A stretch of 62,819 bases of DNA, the filler included, from Hausera hauseri (lineage: Eukaryota): assembly GCA_046269625.1 (NCBI GenBank). It is 12 parts of 12 records of this genome, joined end to end, with 100 filler letters (N's around TTAATTAATTAA, not from the genome) between each part and the next. Parts side by side here need not be neighbours in the genome. Positions count along the whole stretch, not along the records: positions 13,122 to 18,859 come from JBJURY010197303.1; positions 18,960 to 24,853 come from JBJURY010172417.1; 10 more parts are not named here. One strand, written 5' to 3'. A model generated the notes under the pieces. The model worked only from the letters and a program-made list of their open reading frames with translations. It was not told where the DNA came from and did no database searches. Positions within the stretch are counted from its first letter, which is position 1; each line of letters starts with the position of its first letter. Below are positions 13,122 to 24,642 of this stretch, piece by piece. Both the position numbers and the translations under genes were made by a program.

Positions 13122-14427
13122 TCGGCATATTCACTAATAAGTTGCCGTGCGCTATGCCAACCGGAAGATTTGAACTCCACTGAAAGTCGCCATTGTCTCC
13201 CGGAATACTGCCAGACCATACTTGTGTTTTTGAACGTCCTATAAATGCTGTTAAATTGTTAACTTGGCAGATGGCTTCAAAATTATCCGGGATGCCATGT
13301 TTGTCGGACAGTTCAATACTGGGCACCGTTTTGGTATTTTCGTTAAACCAATTGGTTAGGGTATTGGGCTCATAGGTATAATAAGCTCTTAAAGCTTGAT
13401 CATTGGTTCTAAAGTGCGTGCCAGCAGCACCCGGCCCTAATGCCCATAACCGATCAGGTCCGGCGAATAAATAATTAAACGTGGGTGGCCAGTCTCTATA
13501 AAACAACTCCACTCGATCTTGACCGGTAAAATTAGGTAAATGCTCTTGAGTCGTTATAGTCACTAAAAGATTGGTGATCACAATATTAGCGATGGTTAAG
13601 GGACTTAAAACGCCATTCACGTTTAATTTGATTAAATTGCCAATGGGATATTTGGTGGCGTCAAATCCTGCCAGCGGTATAAACGAGAAATGGGTATCAT
13701 CTATGCGATTAAACGCATTGGCTTGACGCTCTTTAACAAAATCAACCACTTCTTGTAAGGTTGTCCCATCCCACGATAGGATTTTGTCTACGCCGTTGCA
13801 AATCAGTAAGGCTTGTTGAAAGTAAGCGCACCTTGGAATACACCCTACTGATAAATTGTTTTGCCAGATTTGCGTCATGGTTTGATTGTCAAAATCATAA
13901 CAATAGAGTGTTCCGGTTGCGACCCAAATACTTTGTACTTGAATAACCCCTATCAGAAATACTGAACCCATTAAAATAATTGTTACCGTCTGATTGGCTA
14001 TCGTTACCGCTTGAATTTGGCTTTTTAGCGTGTAATTAATGCCATTAAAAATATAAATGACTTTAACAGGGGTGTCGGCTTGATAGTTGTTTGGGGTTTG
14101 GCTATCAAACGTTAAAATGGTTTGTCCATTCACTACCGGGTTTTGTATGGTCACATCATTATTAAAATACTGCGTATAAAAAATAATTTGTTTACCGCCG
14201 GTTGGCTTGGTAAAGGAAAATGACTCTAAAATGGTGGCTTCAGGATTGTTTATTAAAGCTATTTCTTGGGTTCCATATCTTACTTGACCACTTCCTAACG
14301 GTGTGGGTAAGATGTTTTCGAGCAAATAAGCAAATTGTGATGGTAGTATTTCCGGTGCAATGAATTGATTCATTCCTTCTCGTGGCATGGGAAATTCAAT
14401 CACATCATAATTACCTTCTTGAAACAT
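13122..14427 (-). CDS. Phage structural protein, probably head-closure/tail-nozzle (P22 gp10-like stabilisation protein), 3' truncated by contig end
   Basis: Intact ORF over 430 aa, rich in beta strands, directly after the adaptor-like gene in a portal-scaffold-capsid-adaptor operon. Confidence 0.6.
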
Positions 14428-14430
14428 CCG

Positions 14431-15069
14431 TTACACCTCAGAGAACGTCGAGTAATATTTTTGCCCAGAAAGTGAGACTAAATATGACATCAATTCAGTT
14501 TTACCTTTTTCCCACCTGTTTAAAGCAGTTTGCATTTTAACCCCATCTCTAAACGCTCCTTCACCTTGAAATAGGTAATAACAAGTCCCATCGATTAAAA
14601 TAGGGTGATAAGGCAGTGGATAAGGGATGTCTGGTTCTAGCGTATTAAAAGTCAAAGGCCTCGGCTCTGGGACATACCAAATCCCAATAACACCACTAAA
14701 CAGCGGATAAACGTTAATATGATTATTAAAATAATACCAAGCACTAGGATAGGTAGCCGTTTTGATAACACCCGGATCTGACTTTTGGATTTCATCTAAA
14801 CTGGTTGGCTCTAAGGATCGGTTTAATATCGTCTCGTACACCTTTCTAAAAGCAAAGGGTGTTTGATTTAATGGATTGACAATGCCATTAACGCAAGGTT
14901 GCTGTTCGTTTAAAACCATCACATTTGGATTTAGGGAGGCGGTTTTTCGGATCAGTTCCCAATGCGCCAAATTAAGATATTGCAAAAAAACAGCCAGCTC
15001 TTCAGGAGCAGGATTATCTAACCCTACTCCTAAAAGACTGACATTATTTAAGATCTCATTCACCGTCAT
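14431..15069 (-). CDS. Phage head-tail adaptor protein
   Basis: MTVNEILNNV...YLNLAHWEL N-terminus and EPDIPYPLPYHPILIDG motif resemble podovirus adaptor proteins. Start overlaps the upstream stop at 15069. Confidence 0.7.
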   Translation of the reverse strand: MTVNEILNNVSLLGVGLDNPAPEELAVFLQYLNLAHWELIRKTASLNPNVMVLNEQQPCVNGIVNPLNQTPFAFRKVYETILNRSLEPTSLDEIQKSDPGVIKTATYPSAWYYFNNHINVYPLFSGVIGIWYVPEPRPLTFNTLEPDIPYPLPYHPILIDGTCYYLFQGEGAFRDGVKMQTALNRWEKGKTELMSYLVSLSGQKYYSTFSEV

Positions 15070-15554
15070 TACTGATTGCCCAGCACCAATAATGCCAAGA
15101 CAAAATCACCGGCGGCTAATTGATTAGTCGCATTGGTTGCAGCATCTTTTAGATAGAGTGCCGAGCCATCTGCGGATACCCGCCAAGCAATGGAAGTCAC
15201 CTGAGCCGCTGCTGCAATATAGAAATTATCTATAACACGGTTCCAACCTGTTCCGGGATTGGGCGGGGCACCGGCACCACCACTCCCAGGACGATAGACT
15301 TCAAACGTTAAGACATCCTTGATAATGGCTCCTGAAAATTGTGCAATCAAACAACCCGCCGTGGGTGTGTTGGCGGGTTGCGCATTATCTTGGGTCTGCC
15401 CTGCGTTATTGCCAATATCTCCTGCGGTTAAATTGCGACGAATAACCTTCAAGACATAATCTTCACCGCTGGTAATCGGTAAAGTATTGGCAATGGTCAT
15501 TGCCCCTTGCGGATTAATCGTATTGGTAACAGGTGCATATCGTAAAATAGCCAT
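15069..15554 (-). CDS. Phage hypothetical structural protein (possible capsid decoration protein)
   Basis: Directly downstream of the major capsid gene; strong RBS (AAAGGAGA) before ATG at 15554; rich in Ala, Gly, Asn and Thr. Confidence 0.55.
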   Translation of the reverse strand: MAILRYAPVTNTINPQGAMTIANTLPITSGEDYVLKVIRRNLTAGDIGNNAGQTQDNAQPANTPTAGCLIAQFSGAIIKDVLTFEVYRPGSGGAGAPPNPGTGWNRVIDNFYIAAAAQVTSIAWRVSADGSALYLKDAATNATNQLAAGDFVLALLVLGNQ

Positions 15555-15570
15555 GTTCTTTTCTCCTTTA

Positions 15571-16746
15571 TTAAGCAATTCGAGCAAATGAATGGATCAC
15601 GCCATGCTCGATTTGAGTTAAACCGGCTGGCAACATGTTCGCGGCTTGATAGCTTGGAAACTGGATCATTTTTTGACCACGAATTTCACAAGCTGCCATG
15701 GCAACGTTAAAACCAAAATCACGTCGTTCCATTTCAAACCAAACCCGCTCACCCCAAGCAATTCCAAACGCTTGTGCGCCTAATAATAAGTTCCAAGCGG
15801 ATTGAAAGCCGCCGCTAGTGATACGATAACGGGCTAATTCAGGTGTTTCATAAACCAGAATACCATCCACCATCCCGCGATAACGGGCACCACTGATCCC
15901 TTCGGGTTGATCGCCATTTTGAATCACGCCTCGATACATAAATTGACTCCAATCTGGATCTTTACAGAGCGATAAATAAGAATTGGGATCTATCAAATAC
16001 ACATACAGCTCTTCTGGGAAGCCTCGTTTGGTTTTAAGCTCAATCGGCCTAATTTTAGCTTCAGCTTCAAAGACATCAGGTGCGTTACCAGAAATAGCGT
16101 ATGTCTTTAACATGCGAATATGGCTAACATTTAAGCCGTTTTGATTATAAGCCGTGCCCGCGTTCATGGCGGCGACAATGGCATTAATGTTGGCGGCATT
16201 ATTCCATTGTGCACGGGTTGCGATCGGCCCGTTTAAAGCACCACACGCTAATGCCCTATCATAAGAGGGGATCTGTGCTGCGGGATTATAAGCACCACCC
16301 ACATTGGGTAACCCACAGGCATAGTCTAAAACAGCCTTGATCAAATTGCGTTTTTGCGCATTTAAAAGCAAAGGGCGCAACATATCAAAGATGTCGACTG
16401 GCGTTAACTTGCGTACAAACGGCACCCCTTGCAAGCCATCGACAAAGCGTAAGGGATTAATTTGGATCTGATCGTAATAAACCGTCGTGGTTTGCTCAGC
16501 ACCCGCGGCTTGATCATAACCCACGATTGGATTGGTATAGTTAAGCTCTTTTCTAAAAGGTACCCGAATAGAGCTGCCATCACCATTCAGCATTTCAAAT
16601 ACTTGAATGGCATCCTCTGGAGAAGTACCAATAAAAACACTTAATGGCGTTAATCCTAGATATTCTTCAAAATATTTTTCACGGACATCAATAGGGATCA
16701 GGCCTGAGTCAAAGGCATTAGGAACTGCGGCGGTATAATTAGACAT
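15571..16746 (-). CDS. Phage major capsid protein (N4-gp56/DUF4043-like)
   Basis: About 390 aa; ATG at 16746 with RBS AAAGGGTGA. Motifs GMVDGILVYE, NLLLGAQAFGIAWG, ERRDFG and EHGVIHSF resemble this family. Follows a scaffold-like gene. Confidence 0.8.
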   Translation of the reverse strand: MSNYTAAVPNAFDSGLIPIDVREKYFEEYLGLTPLSVFIGTSPEDAIQVFEMLNGDGSSIRVPFRKELNYTNPIVGYDQAAGAEQTTTVYYDQIQINPLRFVDGLQGVPFVRKLTPVDIFDMLRPLLLNAQKRNLIKAVLDYACGLPNVGGAYNPAAQIPSYDRALACGALNGPIATRAQWNNAANINAIVAAMNAGTAYNQNGLNVSHIRMLKTYAISGNAPDVFEAEAKIRPIELKTKRGFPEELYVYLIDPNSYLSLCKDPDWSQFMYRGVIQNGDQPEGISGARYRGMVDGILVYETPELARYRITSGGFQSAWNLLLGAQAFGIAWGERVWFEMERRDFGFNVAMAACEIRGQKMIQFPSYQAANMLPAGLTQIEHGVIHSFARIA

Positions 16747-16944
16747 AGCGTCACCCTTTTCAATCAAAAAGTTAAAACAACGTAACCCACTGCTGAGTTA
16801 CAGGCTTTTGTTTTGACTTTCCTGAAAGGGGACGAGCATGCTTGTTGGTAAGAGGGTAGCGGTTAGCAGGCCTCTTTAAAACAAATGTTTCTTCCTGTCA
16901 TCAGAAAGTTGAAGCTTAAGATCAGGCCGAAGTTCGGGTAGATC

Positions 16945-17886
16945 TTAACTTCCGTATAACTTACCTGACTTGGCTCTCTCAAAAATACCTTTTAGAGAAG
17001 TTTCTTTTTGCTCCGGGGCATCTTTGCTGCCGCCAGTCGGTAATGTATACGATTTTGAAGGAATATATCCTTCTTCTTGCTGCTGTTGATATTTTAAAAT
17101 TTGTTTCTCTTGTTTGTCAATAGTTTTTTGCAAGGACTCTATTTCTTGTTGGTATTTTTTCTTAAAATTTCTTAAGCTGCCGGCCTCTTCAATATCGCCA
17201 TAGACTTCTTCATAATAGTTTTGTCCTAAGGCAATCATCTTTTTAGCTAATTTTATCGGCTCTTTTTCCAGTTTTGCCAATTCGGTCATTGCTTCTTCAA
17301 TTTCTTGGCGGCTAGCATCTTCTAAGAACAAATCAAACGCTCTAATTTTTTTATCTAACAATGGATCGAGATCTAAAAGCCCTTCTTCTATTGATTGCCG
17401 AATTTTATGAATGCCTTCATTGCCAATTCTAAATAATTTTTGCAGCGGGTTATCTTCTTCAATTTCAGCGGCGAGCGCATCATGGGCGGCATCATTTAAT
17501 AAAACACTTGCTTCTGCTTCATTTAAAATACCATCCTCCATATATTTGTTAATTTTCTTTGGAGTGTTTTTTAATTTTTGCGCAATTTCATTATAGGCCT
17601 TTTGCGTGCCTTTAGTGCGTTTTTTTAAAGTCTCTAGTTCAGCCTGTAATTCATTGTCTGATATAGCGTCTTTGGCAACGGCATCTTTTGAGTGTTTTTT
17701 AATTGAATTGCCTTTTTCCTCCTCAACCGCTTCATGGGGAGCGGCTTGCTTTAATTTCTCAGTGGCTTGAGTATTTTGTATCTTTTTAGCCTCTGTTCCG
17801 GTTTCAACGCCTTTAGATTTTTTTAAAATGTTGGCAATCGGTTGTAAGGATGGTTCGGCATCATTAGGATTTGTTTCTGGTTGCAC
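16945..17886 (-). CDS. Putative phage capsid scaffolding protein
   Basis: 313 aa, highly charged and coiled-coil-like, between portal region and major capsid gene. Confidence 0.6.
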   Translation of the reverse strand: MQPETNPNDAEPSLQPIANILKKSKGVETGTEAKKIQNTQATEKLKQAAPHEAVEEEKGNSIKKHSKDAVAKDAISDNELQAELETLKKRTKGTQKAYNEIAQKLKNTPKKINKYMEDGILNEAEASVLLNDAAHDALAAEIEEDNPLQKLFRIGNEGIHKIRQSIEEGLLDLDPLLDKKIRAFDLFLEDASRQEIEEAMTELAKLEKEPIKLAKKMIALGQNYYEEVYGDIEEAGSLRNFKKKYQQEIESLQKTIDKQEKQILKYQQQQEEGYIPSKSYTLPTGGSKDAPEQKETSLKGIFERAKSGKLYGS

Positions 17887-18226
17887 TTTGCACCTCCAAA
17901 AGTTGTCGATAAGAAACTAAGCAATCAAATAAGTTGCCTGAAAAATCTGAACTGGCATAAAGTAAATCACCCGGCTCTAAATAAAGAACACTGCCTTTTA
18001 AAATGTTTCTAATTTGATAAGGATCGACTTGTCCTTGTTTTAAAAAATAATAGTTTTTGCCATCTTCACGTAAGATGGTCATATCAACTAAAATGGGTTG
18101 ACTAATGGTGTTGGTAATTTGCACTTCATCGATAATACAACCATTTTGCGAGCCAAATACTAACGTCGGTGTGCTATTCACTTCAGAGGTGCTATACAAT
18201 TTAAAATTGACTTGCATGTTTGACAT
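17864..18226 (-). CDS. Phage hypothetical protein (about 120 aa)
   Basis: Likely ATG at 18226 right after the portal stop (MSNMQVNFK...); contains VLYLEPGDLLYA; overlaps the next gene. Confidence 0.6.
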   Translation of the reverse strand: MSNMQVNFKLYSTSEVNSTPTLVFGSQNGCIIDEVQITNTISQPILVDMTILREDGKNYYFLKQGQVDPYQIRNILKGSVLYLEPGDLLYASSDFSGNLFDCLVSYRQLLEVQSATRNKS

Positions 18227-18227
18227 G

Positions 18228-18859
18228 TTACACCATTCCAGGCGCCGCTGATGGCGCAGGGTTAATCGGATTAACCGGGGTGGTTGCTTCAACCGGCGTG
18301 TTTGTTTGAGCTTGCTCTTGCCCGATGGCTCGCATCTCCTCTGCAATTTCTTTATAATCTCTAATTTTTAACCGCTTAAGCAGACTTTCCGATTTCATAA
18401 TTTCTAATGCATTGGGGTTGGCAAGCAGATTTTGCAATTCCATTTGCTGTTCTTCAAGGCTGCTATCAAAATCGGGGACTTCTTCTACATAAATGGATAA
18501 CGGTAAAGTCCGCACATCATTAAACCTAACCTTTTTACCATCGACTTCTCTCACCATATTGAGTAATATGACTTCTGTTTCTTCGCCAGTCAGTATTTGC
18601 GATTCTATAAATTCATCACCACTGCCTTGCAGCAGTTGCAAAAACATTCTGCCTTCCCGTTTTTTCATCATCTTTAAATTATCAAAAGCAAATACTTGAT
18701 TGCGCACCGAATTGATTTGTCGGTTCTGAATGGCTACACCACTGGTCGCATTGGTTTCTTTACCTAAAGCATCATTATAAATGCCTGACACTTGCTGTAA
18801 TTCATTATCCGTGCGCTCTAACATCTCAAATTGTCCCGGAGCAAGCGCCATATTACTTT
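18228..18859 (-). CDS. Phage portal protein C-terminal part (P22 gp1-like), 5' truncated
   Basis: ELQQVSGIYNDALGKETNATSGVAIQNRQ...FDNL matches the P22-type portal pattern. Confidence 0.85.
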
Positions 18860-19542
18860 NNNNNNNNNNNNNNNNNNNNNNNNNNNNNNNNNNNNNNNNN
18901 NNNTTAATTAATTAANNNNNNNNNNNNNNNNNNNNNNNNNNNNNNNNNNNNNNNNNNNNATCATTGACGATGGAAATTACTAAAATTATGACGAGCCCAT
19001 CATTCATCAATCCGTGATGGACCTTGTCCACCGGCTTGACTACATCACGTAGTCTCCTCACAACTGACGAAAGCTCATCAGAATTCCCATCTTCTCTATC
19101 AAGAATCAAATACCAATTCTATCGAATGGATGCAGATATAACGCAGATAATCTACTGATCACTTTCTTTAATATTCTGATAATATTTATTTAGCCTTTCT
19201 GCAGATGGCCAGACGCGACGTACAGACGAAACAACCTCAACCAAATACTACGTGGCGTCGAGGACGTCTCCGCCAACTACTTGCACGGTGTCGAGTCCAA
19301 CTCCACCCGCACACAACATCGAGATCACCTCTGTCAACCTATATTTATTAAAAATAACCTTCTTATCTGAAGTTGTTGTTTCTCCGCGTTTTCACCAGTT
19401 GTTTTATCGACTGCATTAGAGTACGTGTATTGTACGGCCTATACAAGGCTTTTGCCCAATGCAGGACCTCTAAACACACCATAGATCAGCAGTCGACGAC
19501 CACGGTATAATTTACTCGCCCAGAATACCTAAGCCAAACGAA

Positions 19543-22500
19543 ATGCAATCGATATTTACTCGACGCCATGAAGCACGAAATCTTCGAACCTCAGATGTTC
19601 AACCGACGGTTAGAAACCAGAGAGTGGAAAACGCGAATGAAACAAATAATGCACTATACCCAATTGGGGAGTTAAGACAGATGGTCGAGCAGCCAGTTGA
19701 GACCACTGAAGTTCCCATTAACGGTTACAAGGTGTCTACTATACGACAACCCAAGATAGCACCAAGCTATTACGGTACAGTGATCGAAGGCAGGCCCTTT
19801 GCAAAGATTGAATTGGAAGATTGGGAGGTTTATGCACTAATAGATACAGGATCTGAAATATAACTGATAAAATATGATTCGATACCACAATTCCTACGAA
19901 AACAATTATATCCACCTCCTACGACGGACCCAGGAAGCATTGGAGCTTTCGGACAATCATCAAAAAGTAAATTTCGTTGGAAACCAGAAATTCACATAAT
20001 GGGACAAATTTTTCATCACGAATTTTCAGTAATGGAGCAACTAACGGATGATGTAGTGTTAGGGTGTGACCTATTGAGGCAACTACCTAATATAGCAATC
20101 GATTTCAATGCAGGTAAACTGATAGAACTTGGCCCAATAAAAGGAGTTAAAACCACTAAGGACAGAAAATTTGTAGAAGTGTGGATTCCAGTGGACAAAA
20201 CCATACCACCCAGAATAGAAATCCTAATATATGCTCAGATACGTCAGGACGACGATCAGCCAGTATATTTTGAACCAAAGGTATCGCTTGATCCTAACTT
20301 TGTACTCAGCAATGTTTTGACAAGAGTATCAACTGGCCGTGTGCCAATCAGGATAGCCAATAACGCACCAATTTCGATTAAATTGTATGCCAATACCACT
20401 TTGGGACACACGTATAGAATATCATCCATCACTGTCGAAGAAAAACCATATAAAGGCGCCGAATTTCCGCCCCACGTGGAAACTAAGTTTTCACTAGAAT
20501 CATATTGCCGATTCTACGAATTACTTTGTAGCTATAGCTCGATTATCGCAAGAGATGAAGAAGATATTGGACGAGCCAAAACCTTAAGGCTTACAATTCC
20601 GATCAAGAAAAAGCTTGGATCTAACGACAAAATAGACTTAGAGGATAAAAAGATGCCGAAATGGTATCCCCCTCCACACTCGCTAAGACCAGAAATAACC
20701 AAGGAAGTTGAACGAATGTTAAAGGCCGACATAATTAGACCTAGCTATAGATCTAGGTATTTACTTATGTTAATGGTTAAGAAGAAGGGTACCAGTAAGC
20801 ATCGATTTTGTATCGACTATCGAGCATTAAATACGCTTATGATTAAAGATTCCTTCCCGTTACCCTCAGTAAAGGAAGCTTTGGATAGACCTTCTGGAGC
20901 TAAATGGTTTACTACGCTCGATTTGCAATCTGAATATTGGAAAGTAGAAATAGAAAAAGAAGACCGTTACAAAACGGCGTTTAAGACTCACGAAGGTATA
21001 TACGAATTTAATGTTATGCCATTTGGGATAACTACCGGAGCAGCCATCTTCACTCGGATGATGAACAAAATGCTAATGGGACTAGAACACACGTTCGCCT
21101 ATTTGGACGATGTCATGATTGCATCGAAAACGGAAGAGGATCATATAAAGGATATTAAAGGTACGCTCATGAGATTAGAGCAAGCTGGATTAAATCTGCA
21201 TCCTAAAAAGTGTAAATGGGCTCAAAATGCTGTGTCGTACCTTGGACATATAGTTGGGGAAGGAGGATCAAATCCGGATAAGTCGTTGTTAAGTAAAATA
21301 TCGGATAGCATGGAGCCTAAAAACCAAAATAATTCAGGCATTGGCTAGGATTATGTGGACATTACGCCACTTACGTACCAGAAAACGCAAAGATAAATGC
21401 ACCCTTGTATTGTTTATTAAAGATAGGGATTAAATGGAAGTGGACCGATGTTGAACAAAAGACCTTTGATGAAATGAAAAAAATTCTAATTAGCGAACCT
21501 GTTTTAAGATATCCCCATTTCAACCTGTCGTTCATAATCAAAAAAGACGCCAGTAAGGAAGGTATCGAATATGAACTGGCCCAAAAACGAGAATACGAAG
21601 AGTTGGAACACCCAATTGCATACGGGGGACGTTTTCTGAAGAAAGCAGAAAAGAACTATTCTGTTACGAAACTAGAAACATTAGCGGTAAAAGAAGCACT
21701 GCGACATTTCAATGTATATGTCTATGGACAAAAGATCATAATCGTTACGGATCATGACGCAGTTACGACTTTGAAAGGTAAAGCGAATAATTCAACTTGT
21801 AGGCTCAACAGATGGATTGAGGAGATATAGCGATATAATGTCGAGTTCCAATACAAGCCCAGAAGTAAACATGTTGACGCTGATGCATTATCGAGACTTA
21901 AAACGAAAACAAGCACAGTTGCAGTAATGAGAAAAGCTCACCTTGAAGACTTAGTAGAGAGACAACGGATTCTCACGCTGGATAAGGCACTAAAAATTGC
22001 TGTTGAACAAAGAAAAGATCGGGTTATACAACAAATTATCGAGTCCATAGAGACCAACGTAACACCAAAGGGTCATCAGTTACGGAAACACTTATGACGA
22101 TATGGTCACAAATACTGCGTAGTTGGAGATTTTGACCGCGAAAATGTGTTATATTACGAACGAAAGGAACGGAAACTAGTTGTCATACCGAAAGGACTAC
22201 GAACGGAAGTACTCATGGACGAACATGATTCTTATTTGGCTGAACATATGTCGTGGAAAAAGACATTAGAAAGGATTTAAAAAAATAATATTGGCCAAGT
22301 ATCTATATCGACGTGAAAAATTGAATAAATGATTGCAAAGTATGTGCAACCAAGCAAAAAAAGTAAAGAATTACGTCGCCGAGCTCAAGTCTATCGATGT
22401 GCCCGATAGACCGATGCAAGCAATGTCTATGGATATTGTAGGACCCTTACCTACAACCCACAAAAATAACAAATACATTTTGACGTATGTAGATCGATTG

Positions 22501-23230
22501 ACCCATTTCGTCGAACTTATAGCACTATTAGACCAAAAGGCCGAGATCTTAGCAGAAGCGGTAGTCCGGAAGATTATTTGCAGATACGGGCCACCCGAAC
22601 AAATACTGACAGACCGAGAAAGAAACTTCAAGAGTGAACTGTTTGAGAAAATTACCAAGATTTTTGAGATCGAAAGATTAACTACTACAGCTTACCACCC
22701 CCAATTTAATGGAATGATCGAGAGAATGAAGGCGACCGTTATACGAATTCTATCGACAGTAGTCTAGAAGGATCAGAAAGATTGGGACGAGTTCTTAGAA
22801 AGCACAAAGTTTGACATTAATACAACTCTACATACTGCGGCAGGATTCACTCCATTTTTTTATGATGTACGGTAGAGAAGCTGTACTGCCTACTAATTTG
22901 AGATTGATTCCATATACAACTAGAACGGAAGATTTAGAGCAGAATTTTGTCGAAGTAGTACAATCAAGATTGCACAGGTGTTGGGAAATAGCCAAAGAGT
23001 TATCTAAAGAATACCAGGAACAATTTAAGAAACAGTATGATAAGAAGGCTAAACCACATAAACTAGAACCCGGAAATTGGGTTTACGTACACTACCCAGT
23101 GGCGAAGAAAGGCACATCTCTTAAATTTACTAGAACCGGTAGAGTACCGTATGAAGTCATTAAGATTAAACCGACCACAGTCTAAATAAATAAAAACGGC
23201 AAGGAAGAGGTTGTTTCGATTCAGAGAACA
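19543..23230 (+). mobile_element. Ty3/gypsy pol (protease, RT, RNase H, integrase) with scattered stops
   Basis: ALIDTGSEI; VVLGCDLL; RFCIDYRALN; VMPFG; YLDDVMI; HPIAYGGR...NYSVTKLETLA; MDIVGPLP; TAYHPQFNG; GRVPYEV. Confidence 0.95.
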
Positions 23231-24541
23231 GTGAAGACGGAAATAAGACCGGATAAACGCTATAATTTGCGTTCAAATAAGGTTAATAAAGAAAAGAAAA
23301 CATCGTCAATAGTGACCAGACCAATATCGTATGTGCAGATAATCCTGGCCTTAACGTTAATCGCTTCATATATATCAACTGCGAAATCGATCGCTCAGAG
23401 CGAAAAACAAAGTGATATCCAAAACTTAGAGTCACTTAGAGTACGCGATATGGATTGGAGAAAGCCATGTGCATGGTTTGAATGAAGCAAACCTATTCGA
23501 AGCTACGTAAAATTTCAAATAATATTTGTGACCAAGCACACGATGAAAATATGTGATTTTCCGTATGGAGTTCATAGGAGATGTTGTAGTTTGGACTTTG
23601 GACAAACCTACGGATACAGTTTTCAAATGTTTTATTCTTATAAATTCGGGACGAGATAATTCGAAGCACCGATCCAGTTAAAAGGCTCTTAGACTACAAT
23701 ATTATCGGAATTCGTAAGGACGTAAAGAACCAGTGCATTCGAATTGAGACCAAAAGCAGACTACCAGAAGACAAGGAAATCTCTGTCCAATTTACGCCAC
23801 TGAACACTTCAATTCCTAAACCAGGATACTGTTCTTTGGCCAAACGACGTCCTATTGTGTGTTGTGCACTGCTATTAGGACAAGAATATTGGTTGCAATT
23901 CGATCTGTACGATATATATCCCGGAGAACCAAGTATGTATTTAAGAGGATATCGCCCAAAGGATGAAATATGGAAGCTTCCGCTCCCAACCACTACGGAA
24001 AAACCGTCCACGACTCCGAGTACAACTCGAATTACTACGATTGTCACTTCGGACAAAATGCCGGGAAACATACCGGTTAAGATTTTAGCAAAGTGATAGA
24101 ATTTTATTTTACGCTGAAAAAACGTTGAATCGAGACGTCAAAATTGAGTGTCGCACCCTGTACACCAACCAAGTTTTGATCCTGAAAAAGAATAGTCTGG
24201 AGGCCGTATGCAGGTCATTACGGCCTCAAAATGAGTATATAGTCAGAATTACCGCGAAAGGTAAGAACCCCAAAACTTTTACAGTACGAACTCTTGGCAA
24301 TAAAGTTGAAGTAATGCTATATAAAGATATCAGCACTCAAAATGTATTTACCACGGAAAGTTCTACTGAGCCGAGTAATTTACCGATAATAGCTATATTT
24401 AGTTTGTCACTTTTCGTTCTGGTCATAACAACAGCGATGATTTTTCTAGTTTCCAAAATTTGTAGTAAGCGCGGTAAAAATCGAGAGGGAGATAAACGGG
24501 AAAAAGGGCACCGAGATGGACCTTATGATAGCATAACCTGA
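23231..24541 (+). pseudogene. Integrase-fused type I membrane protein (signal-like segment, Cys-rich FN3-like repeats, Thr-rich stalk, TM, basic tail)
   Basis: Same frame as the integrase C-terminus. Contains ISYVQIILALTLIASYISTAKS, CC motifs, PTTTEKPSTTPSTT, CRSLRPQNEYIVRITA and TM LPIIAIFSLSLFVLVITTAMIFLV. Homologous to 40300-41824. Confidence 0.75.
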
Positions 24542-24642
24542 CAACTACAGATCGGGTTATCCTATCATTAGACAGAGAAAATGTTTTGTTTCAAAACGAT
24601 GATCTGTCTTAGGATTAATCTTTATTTTTATTTCAGCCAAGT

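Noticed and set aside
16870-16912. Hammerhead ribozyme core (CTGATGA...GAAAC on the minus strand)
   Set aside because: Stem II is absent and stems I and III cannot both form around a valid cleavage triplet.
13022-19000. Phage operon integrated between retrotransposons as a composite element or proven horizontal transfer
   Set aside because: Both boundaries are artificial linkers, so there is no evidence of physical linkage.
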